Source: Octopus bimaculoides
Taxonomy: Eukaryota
NCBI RefSeq assembly: GCF_001194135.2
Contig: NC_068981.1
Location: 87,724,049 to 87,788,048 of the forward strand
Reading direction: 5' to 3'
DNA: 64,000 nt
Below, one piece after another: positions 36,183 through 50,000 of this stretch; position 1 is the first letter of the stretch; every line of letters starts with the position of its first letter. The position numbers and the translations under genes are program-made. Below the pieces are notes generated by a model, which made no database searches, had not been told where the DNA came from, and saw only the letters and a program-made list of their open reading frames with translations.

Positions 36183-36233
<51 letters not shown>

Positions 36234-37899
36234 ACTCTATGATGAACCACTTCTAGCCATCTTTGATAGGCTGCCTTAACAACTTTTCAGTTGCAGTTTT
36301 AGTGGTAAACCAAACTGACCACTTATAAGACATACCTATTACATTTACGTCATTAGACATTCATCTTGTCTGTCTGTCTGTCTGTCTGCATGTATGTATG
36401 ATTTTTCTTTGAGCTTTATTTAAGTTCTTGAGAGAGTTCAAGCTGGTTGCTAATAAAGCAACAAGACTTTTTGGGTTAAGAAAGTTCCCAGTATTTCTAA
36501 ATGTGATTGAGTTGGTGTGTTGGTTAAACTGTCAATGCATACATCTAAGTGTGCGCATCTATTCACATTAGAATCTCAGATAGAGAATTTATGGGATGTC
36601 TTACAAATCTTCACTGTGCCACTAATAGATTGAATTTGTGCCTGTGTGTACATCTTTTGTCAATGTATATTCGCAAAGTGGGAAAACTAAAAAAATTGGC
36701 GCTTTATAGATGAAGCTCCTTGAAGTATCTGTTCTGCATTGAGTTGTAATCACCATCACAAATGCATATTGGATGTTATCTGAAAAGCGACTTTCTTAAT
36801 TTGTTGGGGAAAAGTAGGAACTCAATATGATGTACACATTCTTTCAAAATGTATAATAGGGTCTTCAAAAGATTGACAGAGTATTTTTGATATACTAGAT
36901 GTACAAGAACAATTAACTGTTAAAGCATTTACGATATTCGTAAACTTACCAGATGACTTTGTTGATTTTAATTTTGTAATAAAAGAGATCTAGTTGAAGT
37001 TTACATGAATAAATATAGTAGCTTGCCGAAGAAACCAAGTGGATATGTTTGGTAGCTGTATCTCTATAAGCATCAACACCATGCTGTCTATCACCAAAAA
37101 AAAAAAAAAAAGAAAAAATGTGAACTATATGAAGACTAAAATAAAAATAAGATATTTAGTATGAGGAGGTGAGCCAGCACCTATCCCTGGGCTGGTGAGG
37201 TCAATGTCAATGTTCTGATAAGACTTCTGCTAGTTGATGAGAAGGTTGTTTCTAAAGAGTTGCAATTTTATGTGAGAAAGATTGTATGAAGTTTTTAAAG
37301 TAAGCTAAGGATATGGAAGTGGAGGTTTCTTTTTGAAGAAGTAGTCTAATTTCAATGAAAAGTTTCTAGATTCCTTTTAGATGACAATTATATGGGTAAG
37401 GTTGAGGAGGATAGAAACCAGAGATGGCATCATTCACATGAGTATGAGTGATTAACATAAAATGAATTAGGATGGGTATCAGAAACGTTGGATATGTCAA
37501 ACAAAATGTTGAATATTTAGTAATATGATTATTTTATTGCGCAGAGAATCTTTTGGATTTATCTCGGCACAAAAAGTTGAGTTGAAGAATTAATGGTAGC
37601 TGGTAGTCAGATGCAGATACATGTCAGTATTTTCCCATACATTTATATTTAGCGAGTTTAACATAAGATAGAAGAAACCGACATTATTATCAAACTACGA
37701 AGCCCACTAAGGCTTATTTGTGCGATTGGAATTACATCCGTTAACAATCACGTTATTGATAATGCAATTAGTCATCTTAACTAGAATCAACTCATACGTG
37801 ACAATGACAATTAGCATTAAATAATGAATGATTACGTTTTATTATAAGTAATTTAATACAATTTTTTAAAAAGTGCATAATTAATTTTATTAAATACTT

Positions 37900-38162
37900 C
37901 TTTTTTATTATTATTATAAATGACTTCGGCAATATCAAACAGTTGTGTTGCGCGTTGATGTAGCGCAGTATTTACAACGACACTCGGTGTTCCGTTAACA
38001 AATGCCAAGCCCGATTTTAACTGTATTTGAAGCAAAGCGTACGATTGGTTGTTACTAAAGGGTGAGAGGTCGAGGTTAAACTAGCAGTAGCTCAGTGATT
38101 ACATCCTGTTTTTTTTTTTAAAGTCTTCTATCTTGGGGTTTCTACTTTGTATTTAATGAAAC
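37900..38162 (+). promoter_or_regulatory. CpG-retaining promoter/5'UTR region of the UTX-like gene
   Basis: CpG dinucleotides are visibly retained here against a CpG-poor background. Reverse CCAAT box (ATTGG, 38044-38048). Lies directly upstream of the start ATG. Confidence 0.5.
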
Positions 38163-38245
38163 ATGGGGACAGAAACGCTCACCGAAAGCACGGCTGACCA
38201 GGTTTTGACGGCAGAAGAGCGTCAAAACCTTTTAGAAATTGATAG
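38163..38245 (+). CDS. KDM6A: Lysine-specific demethylase 6A (UTX)-like, coding exon 1
   Basis: MGTETLTESTADQVLTAEERQNLLEID(S) matches the UTX motif LTAEEREALGGLDS. Donor AG|gtttg, phase 2. Confidence 0.9.
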
Positions 38246-38526
38246 GTTTGTTATTATTTTCAACTTTGTGATATTATTCTGTTGAGGTTTTCATGTAATG
38301 ATGCTATTTACTCAAACACGCAATAAGGTTTATCAGTCTATCTGTCCTTTTCTGCGTCTCTTAGGTCAGTATGCTCTGTGTGTCATGTGGTTCGGCCCAC
38401 GATATCTACCTTGCTCTGGATACCTTCACGTTTTGAATGTTTCTCTCTGTCACCTGCTTTTGTCGCTTCCTCTTATAAGTTTAACGGTTCAGATAAAGAG
38501 CAAGGTGTTTTATTATATTTTTTCAG

Positions 38527-38590
38527 TTGCCTGTTTGGATTCATTCAGCTGGATGACGGTGACCAACCGAAGAGACGTCTTCTTGAGAAG
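38527..38590 (+). CDS. KDM6A: UTX-like, coding exon 2
   Basis: tttcag| acceptor, 64 nt. Translates (S)CLFGFIQLDDGDQPKRRLLEK, compare UTX [22 protein letters not shown]. Donor |gtaggt. Confidence 0.92.
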
Positions 38591-40894
38591 GTAGGTTGTG
38601 CAGTTGTGTGCTAGGTGCTGGGATGCTTTCTACGTCTTACATTTTTAATAATTTCACCTTATGGAATATGATAAGTTCCAATCTTCTTTCGGAAAGGTCC
38701 AACATGTTTGTGGCGACACACTAAACAAAACTGTCAGTGAATAAAACTATAGGCGGCAATTATAACGATTACTTTTCCGATCTTGTAAGTTTTCTTACTG
38801 GCGAAATGCCATGCTAGAGTGTTAGGGAGCATTTATTATTTGTTGACAGGGAGGCGCCATTCTAAAATAGCAAAAACGTAAACACATCGTTTTGAAACCT
38901 TCATATATTTCATCTTTCAGTCTCCATCTGTCTCTTAAATTTCAACCCTACTCAGTTGTCTTACTGGCCAATTTCTCTTTAAAGCTGAATTCGTTCGATC
39001 GCCTGCTATTGTCACACTGTAAACACAAAGGTTAGCATTTTTGGTCAGAAATTTCTATTTTCTTGATCATATTTGTTTAAACTATCCACCCACCCCCGCC
39101 TACACAAATGGTCGAGAATTTAATTGCGCCTTATTTAAAAAAAAGTTGTACTGTCTTTAGTTTCCCTCCTTTCTTGTTATCTTTGTCTTTAACTGAATAA
39201 ATTACACGCGAAGCGAAACTTTGGGGTTTATATTCAGATTTAATTAAGATTCTTCAGTGTTTAAATTCGTAGTATGCTTGCACAATATTATGTTTAAAAA
39301 GAGTATCGTTAATTTTTCGAAATTTAAGTGCGAATAAACTCAGCAAATTAAAAGTGCTCATATTTCTAAATTATTATTACAGAGTTGTCACACCAGTTGA
39401 AATTGTTTTTGTCAAGCTTTTTTGTACTGCTTATTAATTTCAATTTAAATGAGAAATAATTTAGTTATATTATACAAACTTATATTTTAAGTGATTCCTT
39501 ATGTAGTTTAGAATTGAGAACCCGTTTAAATTGAAGCTTAACACTAAATTAACAAAGGATGCATTATATATATTATCGATATATTTTTTTAAACTGCAGT
39601 CACTGTTGACAGGTTCTAGACCGAAATCAGATGGAAAAACCTTTTGTGCCCCCACTTTTTTCTTTAAAAATAATAATAAATCCCCAGTTATTTTAAATTT
39701 TCATGTCTCTAGTATTTAATATATCTGTTAAATAACTGGCTTATTGCATTTATATGGGTGGAAATGATCAATCTTGGAATTGATGATGAATAATCCAAAC
39801 TAATAAGCAGGTGACAAAGTGTGACGGAATATTGGAAATGGTTAAGGAACAAACTTGAGGATATTCGCGTAGGATTTTTCTTTTTTTCTTCTTTCTTTTA
39901 CGTCACCTGTTATCGAATTCGTATCTGTTGAATTCGTATATGATTGAAAATTTTTATTGATAATGATATTAGCTATTCTAAGCTCTAATTTAAAATATTG
40001 GAGCAATCTTCTTGTCACAGTTATTGTTTGAAATTCCTGTTTTTACATGTAAACCGAAAAATACAGAGGCCCATCTTTTGCAAAACTAGATATAAAAAGT
40101 TTTTAATCTCAGAATCTGTACAACAATATAAAAGAAGTTCTTGTTTATATATTGTTGAAAATAAAGGCATGCGTGGTTGGGGGGGGGGGTGTCTCTTCTT
40201 TCTTTTGAATTTATTGATTTCGGAATTGTTGAATAGTATGTTATGTAATCTTCGTTGTAAGATAGGCGCAAATAAGGTCCTTTCCGTGTTAGCAGAACTC
40301 AGATGTCTTAACCTTATACTAACTGGATTTTTGAGACACGTTGGCTAAACTAATTAAAATCATAATGTTTGAACAAGGTTGGGGATTTCTGAAACTGTAT
40401 TATTAAATATTATAATTTCCTTTATTTTAGATTTTTCATTTGTTATTGAGCGTAAATCCAGCAACAATTTCGAATAAAATTCAAAAGAAATATTGTCGAA
40501 ATAATGGCCCTCTGAGCATTTAGTGAGAATATATGGTAGTTAAATGAATAGGGATAAATAAGCGAGGGTCATTAATAAGAAGCAGGACCACACTGAGGAA
40601 ATCTTGAAACTACTCCAATGATGACTTTTCATATTTACCACGGTGTTTAGATTTAAGATCGAAACGTTATTGAATGGTCGCTCGACTTGTTAGCAATAAT
40701 AGCTAAGCTTCCCTTGATGTTGCACTATATCATCTTAAAATTGGAGGAAGCATTGGATAATGTAGTTAGTCCTGTGTAGATTGCCTGAAAATAGATGGGA
40801 TGGTCATGGCTAAACCCTCTGGTCATACGTCAGCTCGATCTATATTTTTAACATTTTTTCCCTGATAATCTATACTTAAACATTCTTTGTATTG

Positions 40895-40938
<44 letters not shown>

Positions 40939-40986
40939 CCACTTGAAATTCTGTTATAAAATAAAGTAAACCATTTCCCATTTCAG

Positions 40987-41128
40987 GGTATTATATATTA
41001 TCAACAGAAAATCCAAGAACATGCAATTCTGCTTACGAAAGATTCATCAAAAGGCAAGGATCCCGCTATTGCTAATATTTACCGTGAATTGGGTCATGTA
41101 CATTTACTTCTTGAACAATATAGTAAAG
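40987..41128 (+). CDS. KDM6A: UTX-like, coding exon 3 (TPR region)
   Basis: tttcag| acceptor. Translates GIIYYQQKIQEHAILLTKDSSKGKDPAIANIYRELGHVHLLLEQYSK(A), compare UTX ...CQLGHFNLLLEDYPK. Donor G|gtaggt. Confidence 0.92.
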
Positions 41129-42281
41129 GTAGGTCATATTTGCATAAAATTCCTAGAATAACATATTTTTTGCAATATTTTAAATACTTAGAGAAAACGT
41201 ATCTTAGTTTGTTGAAGTTTACTTAACTGGACAATATCCTTCCAGAAAAGTTTTTGATAAAAGTACAATTCTGAAGAATAGATGCATGTTTCGATTTTTC
41301 AGAACCATTTGATCTATTACTAATCTTATAAGTTATTGAAAGAGTTTTCTAACTTAATGATAGTTGATTTTAAAATTTGTAAGGTATTGTAATTAGCAAT
41401 TTAAAAGAGTAAAAAAAATCTATGATTATTTTTAAGTTCATTTAGTATTAAATACTGCAAATATTTGAATTTTATATAATTTCTTCTTGTTAGCATGAGT
41501 TGGTTCTGAATTTTTTGTTTATGTATGTATGGGCTATTGTAGCAGATATACTTAAGCAACGTTTGGCTTGATTTTTCTTATCCATATTTTAACTCTTGGG
41601 TTTTGGGGCTGGTTGTCTACTTTTTCAACTCTCATAAATTTCTTATATGCTTGTTATTTTTCAACTTTTTGTATACTCAGGTATACTGAAATCTTTCAAC
41701 CTATCAGTTAAAATGGAATTGATGCTTTTTGTTATGTACAAGGGTGTTAGTGATATCAGTGTATCAACCCCCAATGTAAAATAGAGATGAGTGATGCACT
41801 TACAGTTTATAACTGATTGTAAATTTCATAACTATTGAATAACAAGCATCACAGAATTTTTCTGTACAAGAAGTGTGTTTTAGGCAAGTCAGTCTTATAG
41901 TGGCAATAGTGTTGATCAGTCAAGGTCAGGGTCTAGAAGAAAAATTTGCAAAGCAGAACGAGGTGACTTTGCTCTTGGAAGGGAATGAGATTTTTTTTCT
42001 CACTATCAGAAATTCTTTGGGCCTCGTACTGATGTACTGGTTTATTCCACCTCTCATAGGCCCTGCAAGCAGTACTTATTTGGATCTAGATGGACTGGTC
42101 TGATTCAGCCCTGGTGGTGGGGTATGAGTAACTAAGCTGGTAATGTGGTGCTCTAACAACTAAACCAAATGTGCTTCAGTACTTTATTCTGTGTAAGAGT
42201 ATAAGACTTAATGTTTTTTTAATGTTTATATGTATATATATTACTCAATCAGAAATGATTGACTATTTTGTTTTATTTCAG

Positions 42282-42331
42282 CTCTATCAGCTTATCAGAA
42301 ATATTATTATTCTAATCAGGAAACCTGGAAG
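42282..42331 (+). CDS. KDM6A: UTX-like, coding exon 4
   Basis: tttcag| acceptor, 50 nt. Translates (A)LSAYQKYYYSNQETWK, compare UTX ALSAYQRYYSLQSDYWK. Donor |gtaatt. Confidence 0.93.
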
Positions 42332-45300
42332 GTAATTTTATTTTTGTTATAGTGTGCAATGATAATTTTAAAAAAAAATCTTAATGTGAATATTGTCATT
42401 TGATTGAATGTCCATGAGTCAGTATCCTGTTAATCAGAAAATATTAGTCTTGCATAGTATTAGTTTTATAATGGTGACAGATAAATCTTCTGCATTAGAT
42501 ACCATCAAAAAAAGAAAAGAAAAATGGCAGCTTTAAAACCCAATGAAATGCTTGCAATAGATTTCAATAAGACCATTACTTCAAAACTTTATCCACTCCT
42601 TTATTACATTTAAATATTGGTTTTTAGTTATTGAAAATGTATTATAGCAGTTGCTACTCTTTTTATGGTGACTATTCAGGCTGATCAATGAAGACTACTA
42701 AACAAAATTGGGTTTCCTTTTCACAACCGAGAAATATTTCAAATAGGTGTTAAGGGTACACTGTCATGTATGCACATTCTAACTTAGCCATGAAAAAAAC
42801 TACCTCTCTCCTCTTGGTATGCAAGCCTTCACTGATCAGTGAACTCTCTCCAATGTAGTGTTTTGACATTCAACAATGATCTTGACTACTCTGAATGTGT
42901 GATATTTGTCATGTCTTTGCTTAGATTTGCTTACTGCATCACTACTTCTTTAGTACCTTCATTGTCTCTAATGGCCCTCAGTGAGTGCACCTAGCTGTTA
43001 GCTATAGTCATTGGATCTTGTCAAAGAGTGATGCATTAGTGTAGAGAACTAATATTTGTTTTTCCTCACCTTTGTTATTTATTACTCAGAGAAGTGCAAA
43101 TATGTCATTTGCTAGACTACTAGTACATCTAAACCTTCATTCACACATTCTAGATTTCATTAAATAATAATACAAAAAAAAAAAATCAGTAATTGACCAT
43201 ATAGAAATTCAGGTGAATCACACATTGGAATAGAATTCACACATTCTGTAATACTACTACTACTACAGATATATATATATTTGTACTCGCATCCTAGACT
43301 GCATTAAAAAGAAAGCTATTGAATTAGCGATGATTCATTCACTAACATGCTTCAATATCTGCTTACAGACATGCATGTTTTCTCTTAGAGCAGTTTCTGC
43401 TCTTAGGGACTAGCTATCTCCATATCCTCTCCATCCTTAATGTATTTTATTCCCAGATCCTGTTCTAAAATTTCATTCTGTCTTTTCTTTTTAGAACTGT
43501 AGCCTTCATGCCCACATTTTTACTTCAGATTTTGGCATCAACCATTTCAGTCTTCTCAGTCTTGGATTGTTTGCAAAAGTTTTAAGCCTTAATCCTCTTA
43601 CTTAGATTACCTTATTTTTAAAAATGTTTCTGTCTTAAGCTATAGATTACACAGGGAATATGGCTATTTATAGTTTTGTTGATATAGAAATGTCTTAGGT
43701 TTTCATTTCTACCTCTCATGAAAAGGCAATATACAAAATTCAAAAAAGCAACTGAAGTAGTATTGTGTAGTGTTCATGTGTGTATCACTTTAATATTTGC
43801 TCTCACAAGTTGATTTGATTTCCGAAACAGAATCTTCCCTTGTGTTGCTTCCAGTATTCTTAGAGCTCAGCTTGTTACTTTCTCCCAAGCTCTTTTTAGC
43901 CTACTTAGGTATGTGAATATGTAGATTAAAAAGATCCCGATGTTTGGTTTGTCACTTAAAATAAGGAGTTTTTTTTTTTTTTTGAAACTATCATTTAATG
44001 TCTGTTTTTCCATATTTGCAGGGTTTGAATGGATCTCACACGGTTTCCTTACTCCATTGCAATCCCTACATATAAAAATGAATTATAAGTTAGGCTACCA
44101 AGTCTATATTTAAGGATTTAGTCAAACATTTGTTCATGTTATAACAGATATGTGTGCTAATAGTATTGTGTTCATTTCCACAAAGTGGTTAGTTGGATAT
44201 GTTCATTGGTGTTTGTACATGCTATCAAATTGAAGATGGCATTCACTTCTGATAATTTATTGAGAACATGGATTTCTAAATCTTTGAGTATAACAATTTT
44301 TAAAACATTGTAGACACTTTAGCCTTCATGGTCTAATTTTTAATCTACCCTTTTGTAAAGAGTTTTGGAGAAACATGGCAGTCGTCTAACATGGTTTTTT
44401 CAACCCTACAGAAAGTTGCTAACACATTCATCATTATCATCATCATCATCATTTAACCCTTTCATTACCATATTTCTGTTGAAATAATGCTTTTTTTTTT
44501 TTTAATTTTGAAAATAGTAAAAAATATTAAAATAACTGACATTATTCAGCTGGGGTTTGGAACATAAATTAACATGAAATTTTAATGGAAATTTTAATTT
44601 AGATTACTTTAAAATGAGAAGTTTGTATCATAGGACCAAGGGCGTTTTCAGGCAGGTTGGTATCTAAAGGGTTAATGTCTGCTTTCCATGTTAGTTTGGG
44701 TTGGATGGTCTGATAGGAGCTGGCAAGCACTAGCACTGGTGAGGTCACCAAGTAACTTGCAAAACAAAAATCCCTGAACTGAGAGAAAGAGGTGGCTTTG
44801 TGTATTATATATACACACACAGGTGTCTTGTAATAGGAGAGACACATGACTTTCTGGCATTATATAAGGGTAGATTGGAGTAGCTGGGGAGAAGATAAAG
44901 ATGATAGTTTTGGGATACCAGAGTGAACTCTCAAGGTGCAAGAAAGTGAGCATAAGAAAGAAAACAAACAGTGGATCAGCTGTTGAATTGTGTGAGAGAA
45001 GAATTGCACATCTCCACATATTTCATCCCCACCCCTTTTTGTGCTATCACTTATTCTCTCTGGAATCATTTTCTTTGTCTCCCACATTCTCAGTATCATC
45101 CCTTAATCACTTTATTTTCCACTGAACACCCCTTTCACCTCCCCTTTTCCTCTATACATCCTTTCATTCTACCAATGACACTCCTACTACCTTACTATGT
45201 TGTAAGTTACACACTTTGTCCTATATTGAAATCAAAAGAAATTTTAATAAGCTAACAGTCACCATACAACTTGTGGTTTAGCAATTTAAGTTGCTAAAAG

Positions 45301-45971
45301 TTGTAATAAAAATTCAATAAAGTTAGGAAAAGAGCTAGTAAAACATGGACGATGATTATTTCATGGCAAAGCAATGCTTCTTACATAAGTTGTAACATAT
45401 ACAGAACAAACTTAGCTAACCTTACTGTCCTAATACCTATAAGTTGTTTACATTGTTGTGTGGAGATGAACAAATGAATTATCAAACTAGCTACACCACA
45501 AATGACAATCGTCACCATCATCCTTTAATGTCTGTTTTCCATGCTGGCATGGGTTGAACTGCTTGACCAGAGCTGGGAAGCTGCACCAGGTTCCAGTCTG
45601 ATTTGGCCTGGTTTCTATAGTTGGATGCCCTTCCTAATGCTAACCACTTTACAGTGTGTGCTGAGTGCTTTCAACATGTCACTAGCATGAGTGCTCTTAT
45701 ATGGTACCAGCATGAGTGCTTTTTACATAGCATGGCACAGGACTTTTGCAGATGGATCCTCTTCACCAGGGGATGCAGCTTTAATATTTCTGCCATGGAG
45801 GATGAGTTAGTTTAAAAAAAAAAAAGTGTGTGTAATCGTGAGGATAAATGTACTGCAGCCATGCAGATTTAATGTCCTTGACCTTCAGTATAATTCAGAG
45901 GGTAAGAAAATGAAAGCAATATATATAATTCCCAGATAATGTGCAAAAGAATATTGTTTTTTTTTTCTACT

Positions 45972-46350
45972 GAATACTCTTTTACTTGTTTCAGTCATTT
46001 GACTGTGGCCATGCTGGAGCACCGCCTTTAGTCGAGCAAATCGATCCCAGGACTTATTCTTTGTAAGCCTAGTACTTATTCTATTGGTCATTTTTGCCGA
46101 ACCGCTAAGTTACGAGGACATAAACACACCAGCATCGGCTGTCAAGCAATGTTGGACACACACATACATATATATATACATATATATGACGGGCTTCTTT
46201 CAGTTTCCGTCTACCAAATCCACTCACAAGGCTTTGGTTGGCCTGAGGCTATAGTAGAAGACACTTGCCCAAGGTGCCACGCAGTGGGTCTGAACCCGGA
46301 ACCATGTGGTTCGTAAGCAAGCTACTTACCACACAGCCACTCCTACGCCT
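45972..46350 (-). mobile_element. tRNA-derived SINE, family A, near full length and well preserved
   Basis: Minus strand aggcgtaggagtggctgtgtggtaag...ggttccgggttcagaccc (A/B-box-like), then body, microsatellite and tail. CpGs retained. Confidence 0.8.
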
Positions 46351-46351
46351 G

Positions 46352-46861
46352 ATTACAAAATTTGGCACTGTCATGGTATTAGCTGTCAGAATTGAAAGTA
46401 GAACTGACAAGGAACGTTACTGCTGGTTTGAGTTGATTCTTTGGCTACTGACAACTAATACCATGACTGGCCGGAGCTAACTATCTGTCTGTCTGTCTAT
46501 CTCACTATCTCTCTCTCTATATATATCTATCTATCTATCACTCGTTCACCTCTGTTTGTGTCCGTAGAATCTATCAAATTAGAAAACGCAAATTTAATAT
46601 AAAAATATATTTTCTGAAATTGCAAATTATTTAAAATATAAAAATATAATTTTCAACAGAGAGAATTTATCAAAATAGAAAACAAATGAAGTTTGAAGTT
46701 TAAAAATAATAGGATCGACCACTCACAACTAGCTAGCGCGGACGCGCGACTGCGCGTTCGGGACCACTCTGCTTCAGTAGTACCCTTATACTCTGTGTGT
46801 TTTTAAACACATGGATATAGGTGTCAAATTTGTTCCAATAACTTTCGAGTGATAGATAGAT

Positions 46862-46894
<33 letters not shown>

Positions 46895-47030
46895 TAGCTC
46901 GCTTCAGCCAGTCATGGTATTAGCTGTCAGTAGCCAAAGAATCAACTCAAACCAGCAGTAACGTTCCTTGTCAGATTTTTCTACTTTCACTTCTGACAGC
47001 TAATACCATGACAGTGCCCAAAATTTTAAT
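46352..47030. mobile_element. Non-autonomous element with about 190-bp compound terminal inverted repeats
   Basis: 46352-46544 and 46846-47030 are high-identity reverse complements, including mirrored (CTGT)n/(CT)n/(CTAT)n tracts. Confidence 0.75.
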
Positions 47031-50000
47031 ATTGAACTTCCTTTGAGATACCAGTGTGAGTTTTCAAGCATGAAAACTCTACACACTCTAATTCACAACA
47101 TATATTTATGCCACCACACAAGCCATGGAAGAAAATTTTATATGGTAATTGGACCTGCAAGAAATAACAGCCATATCACTTTCAAATCATATCCTATTGT
47201 TTTGAAAAGGAAAAGGCAATTCAGTGTTTCTTTCAACCAATAAATGGTAAAACATTAATTACACAGCTTTTTACTCATTTTACCTCATAATTTATTAATC
47301 TTAAGAGATGACAGTAAATGGGAAAATAGCTCCTTACAACACATGTATAACATATCTCTTCTTTTATTTTTTCCTGTTACTTGTTTCAGTCATTAGGCTG
47401 TGGCCATGCTTGTGCTCTAACTTGAAGAAATTTTAGTTTTTTTTTTTAAACCTGCTACTTATTCTCTTGATCTTTTTTGCTGAACCGCTAAACTATGGAG
47501 ACATAAACAAACCAACTCCAGTTGTCAAGCAGTTATTGGGGATAAACAAAGACATGCGCACGCGATGGGCTTCTTTGGGTTTCTGTCTACCAAATCCACT
47601 TGCAAGGCTTTGATCAACTCAAGCAGTAAACACTTGCCCAAAGTGCCATACAGTGGGACTAAACCTGGAACCATGTGGTTGGGAAGCAAACTTTTTACCA
47701 TGCAGTCACAGCATACTCTCAGGTTATGGTCACAAGCTGAAAGTGGAAAAATTTACACTATTCAGTATGTTCAGATAGATGTATCTAATAGATCCCTGCC
47801 ATTCTTGATTTCACTTTCACTTTTTGATCATAAGGCAAAAGAACATACATATATAATTGAAGAACAGGAAATAAAGGCAACTAGAAATAAAGAGAAAAAA
47901 AATCAAAATGAAAAGGTATTGCAAAAAGTGATAAAATTAGAATATTTGAGGTATTTATGAAAAAAAAAACCCCATCCAAAAACAAGCATTAATAATTTAA
48001 AAAATTAAACAGCCTTCCTTAATGCTTTTAACTATGGATATTAAAACAAGGTAGTTGGTTGTGTGACTTAAATAGCTTCTTTATATTTAAAAGATATCTA
48101 ACATTATTACAGCACACTGTTAATTTTGTCTTCAATCAAATACAAACTGATAATTTAAGATATATGCAAAAATACAACCAAACTAAGAACATTGCAATAC
48201 AAACAAAATTCATTAAAAAAAAAAAACCATCATTTGATATGGTTAGCAAAGTGTATGCACACTTGAACTTGATGCCTTTAAACTATAGTAAGAATAAAAT
48301 TACATCAGCAGAGGTTGAGTGAGCAATTATCTGTTAATGGAAGCATAACTAAATCTAAAAACACAGGGAAGACCACCAATGGTTAAAAGAAGATTTCTAT
48401 TTTAGTTGTACAGTACTGAGGAATGTCTGAATTGGAACAAAAGCTATGGTAACAAAAATATGAAGGAGCAGATTTAAATACAGATATAAAATAAAAAACA
48501 ATATGTTTCAAAATAAAGTGTACTATACTGTCTTCCCCTTGTGATTGAAATGCATAACCAAAAGGATGATAAAAATGTGAAAAAAGACCTGTGACTTGGA
48601 CCTTTTCCTTGTTAACATTTTGGAGGAGATAAAAGAGAAAAGCAAAAATTAACCCTTTACTATTCAGATTACTCTGTCAAATGAAATGCTTATTTACTAG
48701 CATCCTGTATTATCTTGTAGCTTTGAGATTTCAATGGTATCACTGTTTATATCTAGAATGACATTGTAGGGTAAGTGTGAGAGACTGGATCTCACCAGTG
48801 AATATAAAATATGTAGAATATTTGGGCCTGATATGGCTGTTTTAAATGCTAAAGGGTTAATGATATTTAGAATATACCACCCAAAAGAAAATTCCGACTG
48901 ATTTTATCACAAGTGACAGAACCTTTCATGTCCGTTTTGTATGCTGGCATGGATTGGATGTTTCATTATGGTCTGAGTCAGTTCTTAGTTGAACAATGGT
49001 AAGATGGCTTGAGGAAGTGGGAGTGTTCACTAACAGTAAAGAGTGATGGTGCGGGATGATCAAGTACTGCCACTCTTTGTTAAGCCAGCCGCATAATACA
49101 GGGAATAGAAGGAAGAGGGAGTGAGTTTCAACCTCACCTACAAACATGTAGCTACCATCACTATCCTCCATTATGCCATGTCAATTCTATCTCTTTTATT
49201 ACTCCTTCCTCCACCACCTTTTCATCCCAATCACTTTACTTCTATCATACATTGTCTTATTTTAACTACTCATCCAAATTTATTTTCTTTCTCAGAAGAG
49301 TTGTGAGGACTCCTACTTTATGGGCACGTGGTGACTTCACCAGTGCTGGTACCAGGATAATAACACTCTGTAAAGTGATTGGCATATGAGTGGTGACAAT
49401 GTAGGGCTGAGAGAACCCCTTAAGCATGACAACCTTTTTAGTGTTGGTACCAATGCACCCTGTAAACTCAGATGGCATTAGGAAGAGCATCCAACCATAT
49501 AAACCTTAACTAAAATGTATGAAAGGGATGTGGTCCTCTCACCCAATTAGGTGTACAGTAATTCTAAATAGAGAATGATGATGAGGAAAGAACAGAAAAA
49601 TACAAATAATTTTGTTTTTTTCAGAAGGTTGACATAAAAGTAAGAATCAAAAATAAGTGCAAATTATAAAAAAAAAAAACCCAACAATGAGGAGTAGTAG
49701 TGGAACACCTTTGAATTGTTAATGTATTTTAAGTAGAAATAGCCATCACATCATTATCAAGTTTCACACCATTGGTTCTAAGGCTCAGGTTAAAAAAGCT
49801 GAAGCTGAAGACTTGACAGCAGTAAGATTAATGCCTGGCCAAAAGAAAAATTGCATAAAAATGGTATTTAAAAAAAATTCAAAGGATTGGACCATGTGGG
49901 CGCCAGAAAAATAATTGAGTATGTGGTTTCATGATGTGCATTCTAAATAAAATTTGTATCCATAAAAGTAAAAAAGAAGTAGACAGATTGGAAACTGCCA

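Noticed and set aside
36390-37350. Possible old LINE or Penelope coding remnant
   Set aside because: The composition is suggestive, but I could not recover a convincing protein motif in any frame.
38298-38614. ORFs 38298-38594 and 38378-38614 as separate genes
   Set aside because: They are UTX intron 1 sequence running into exon 2; only 38527-38590 is coding.
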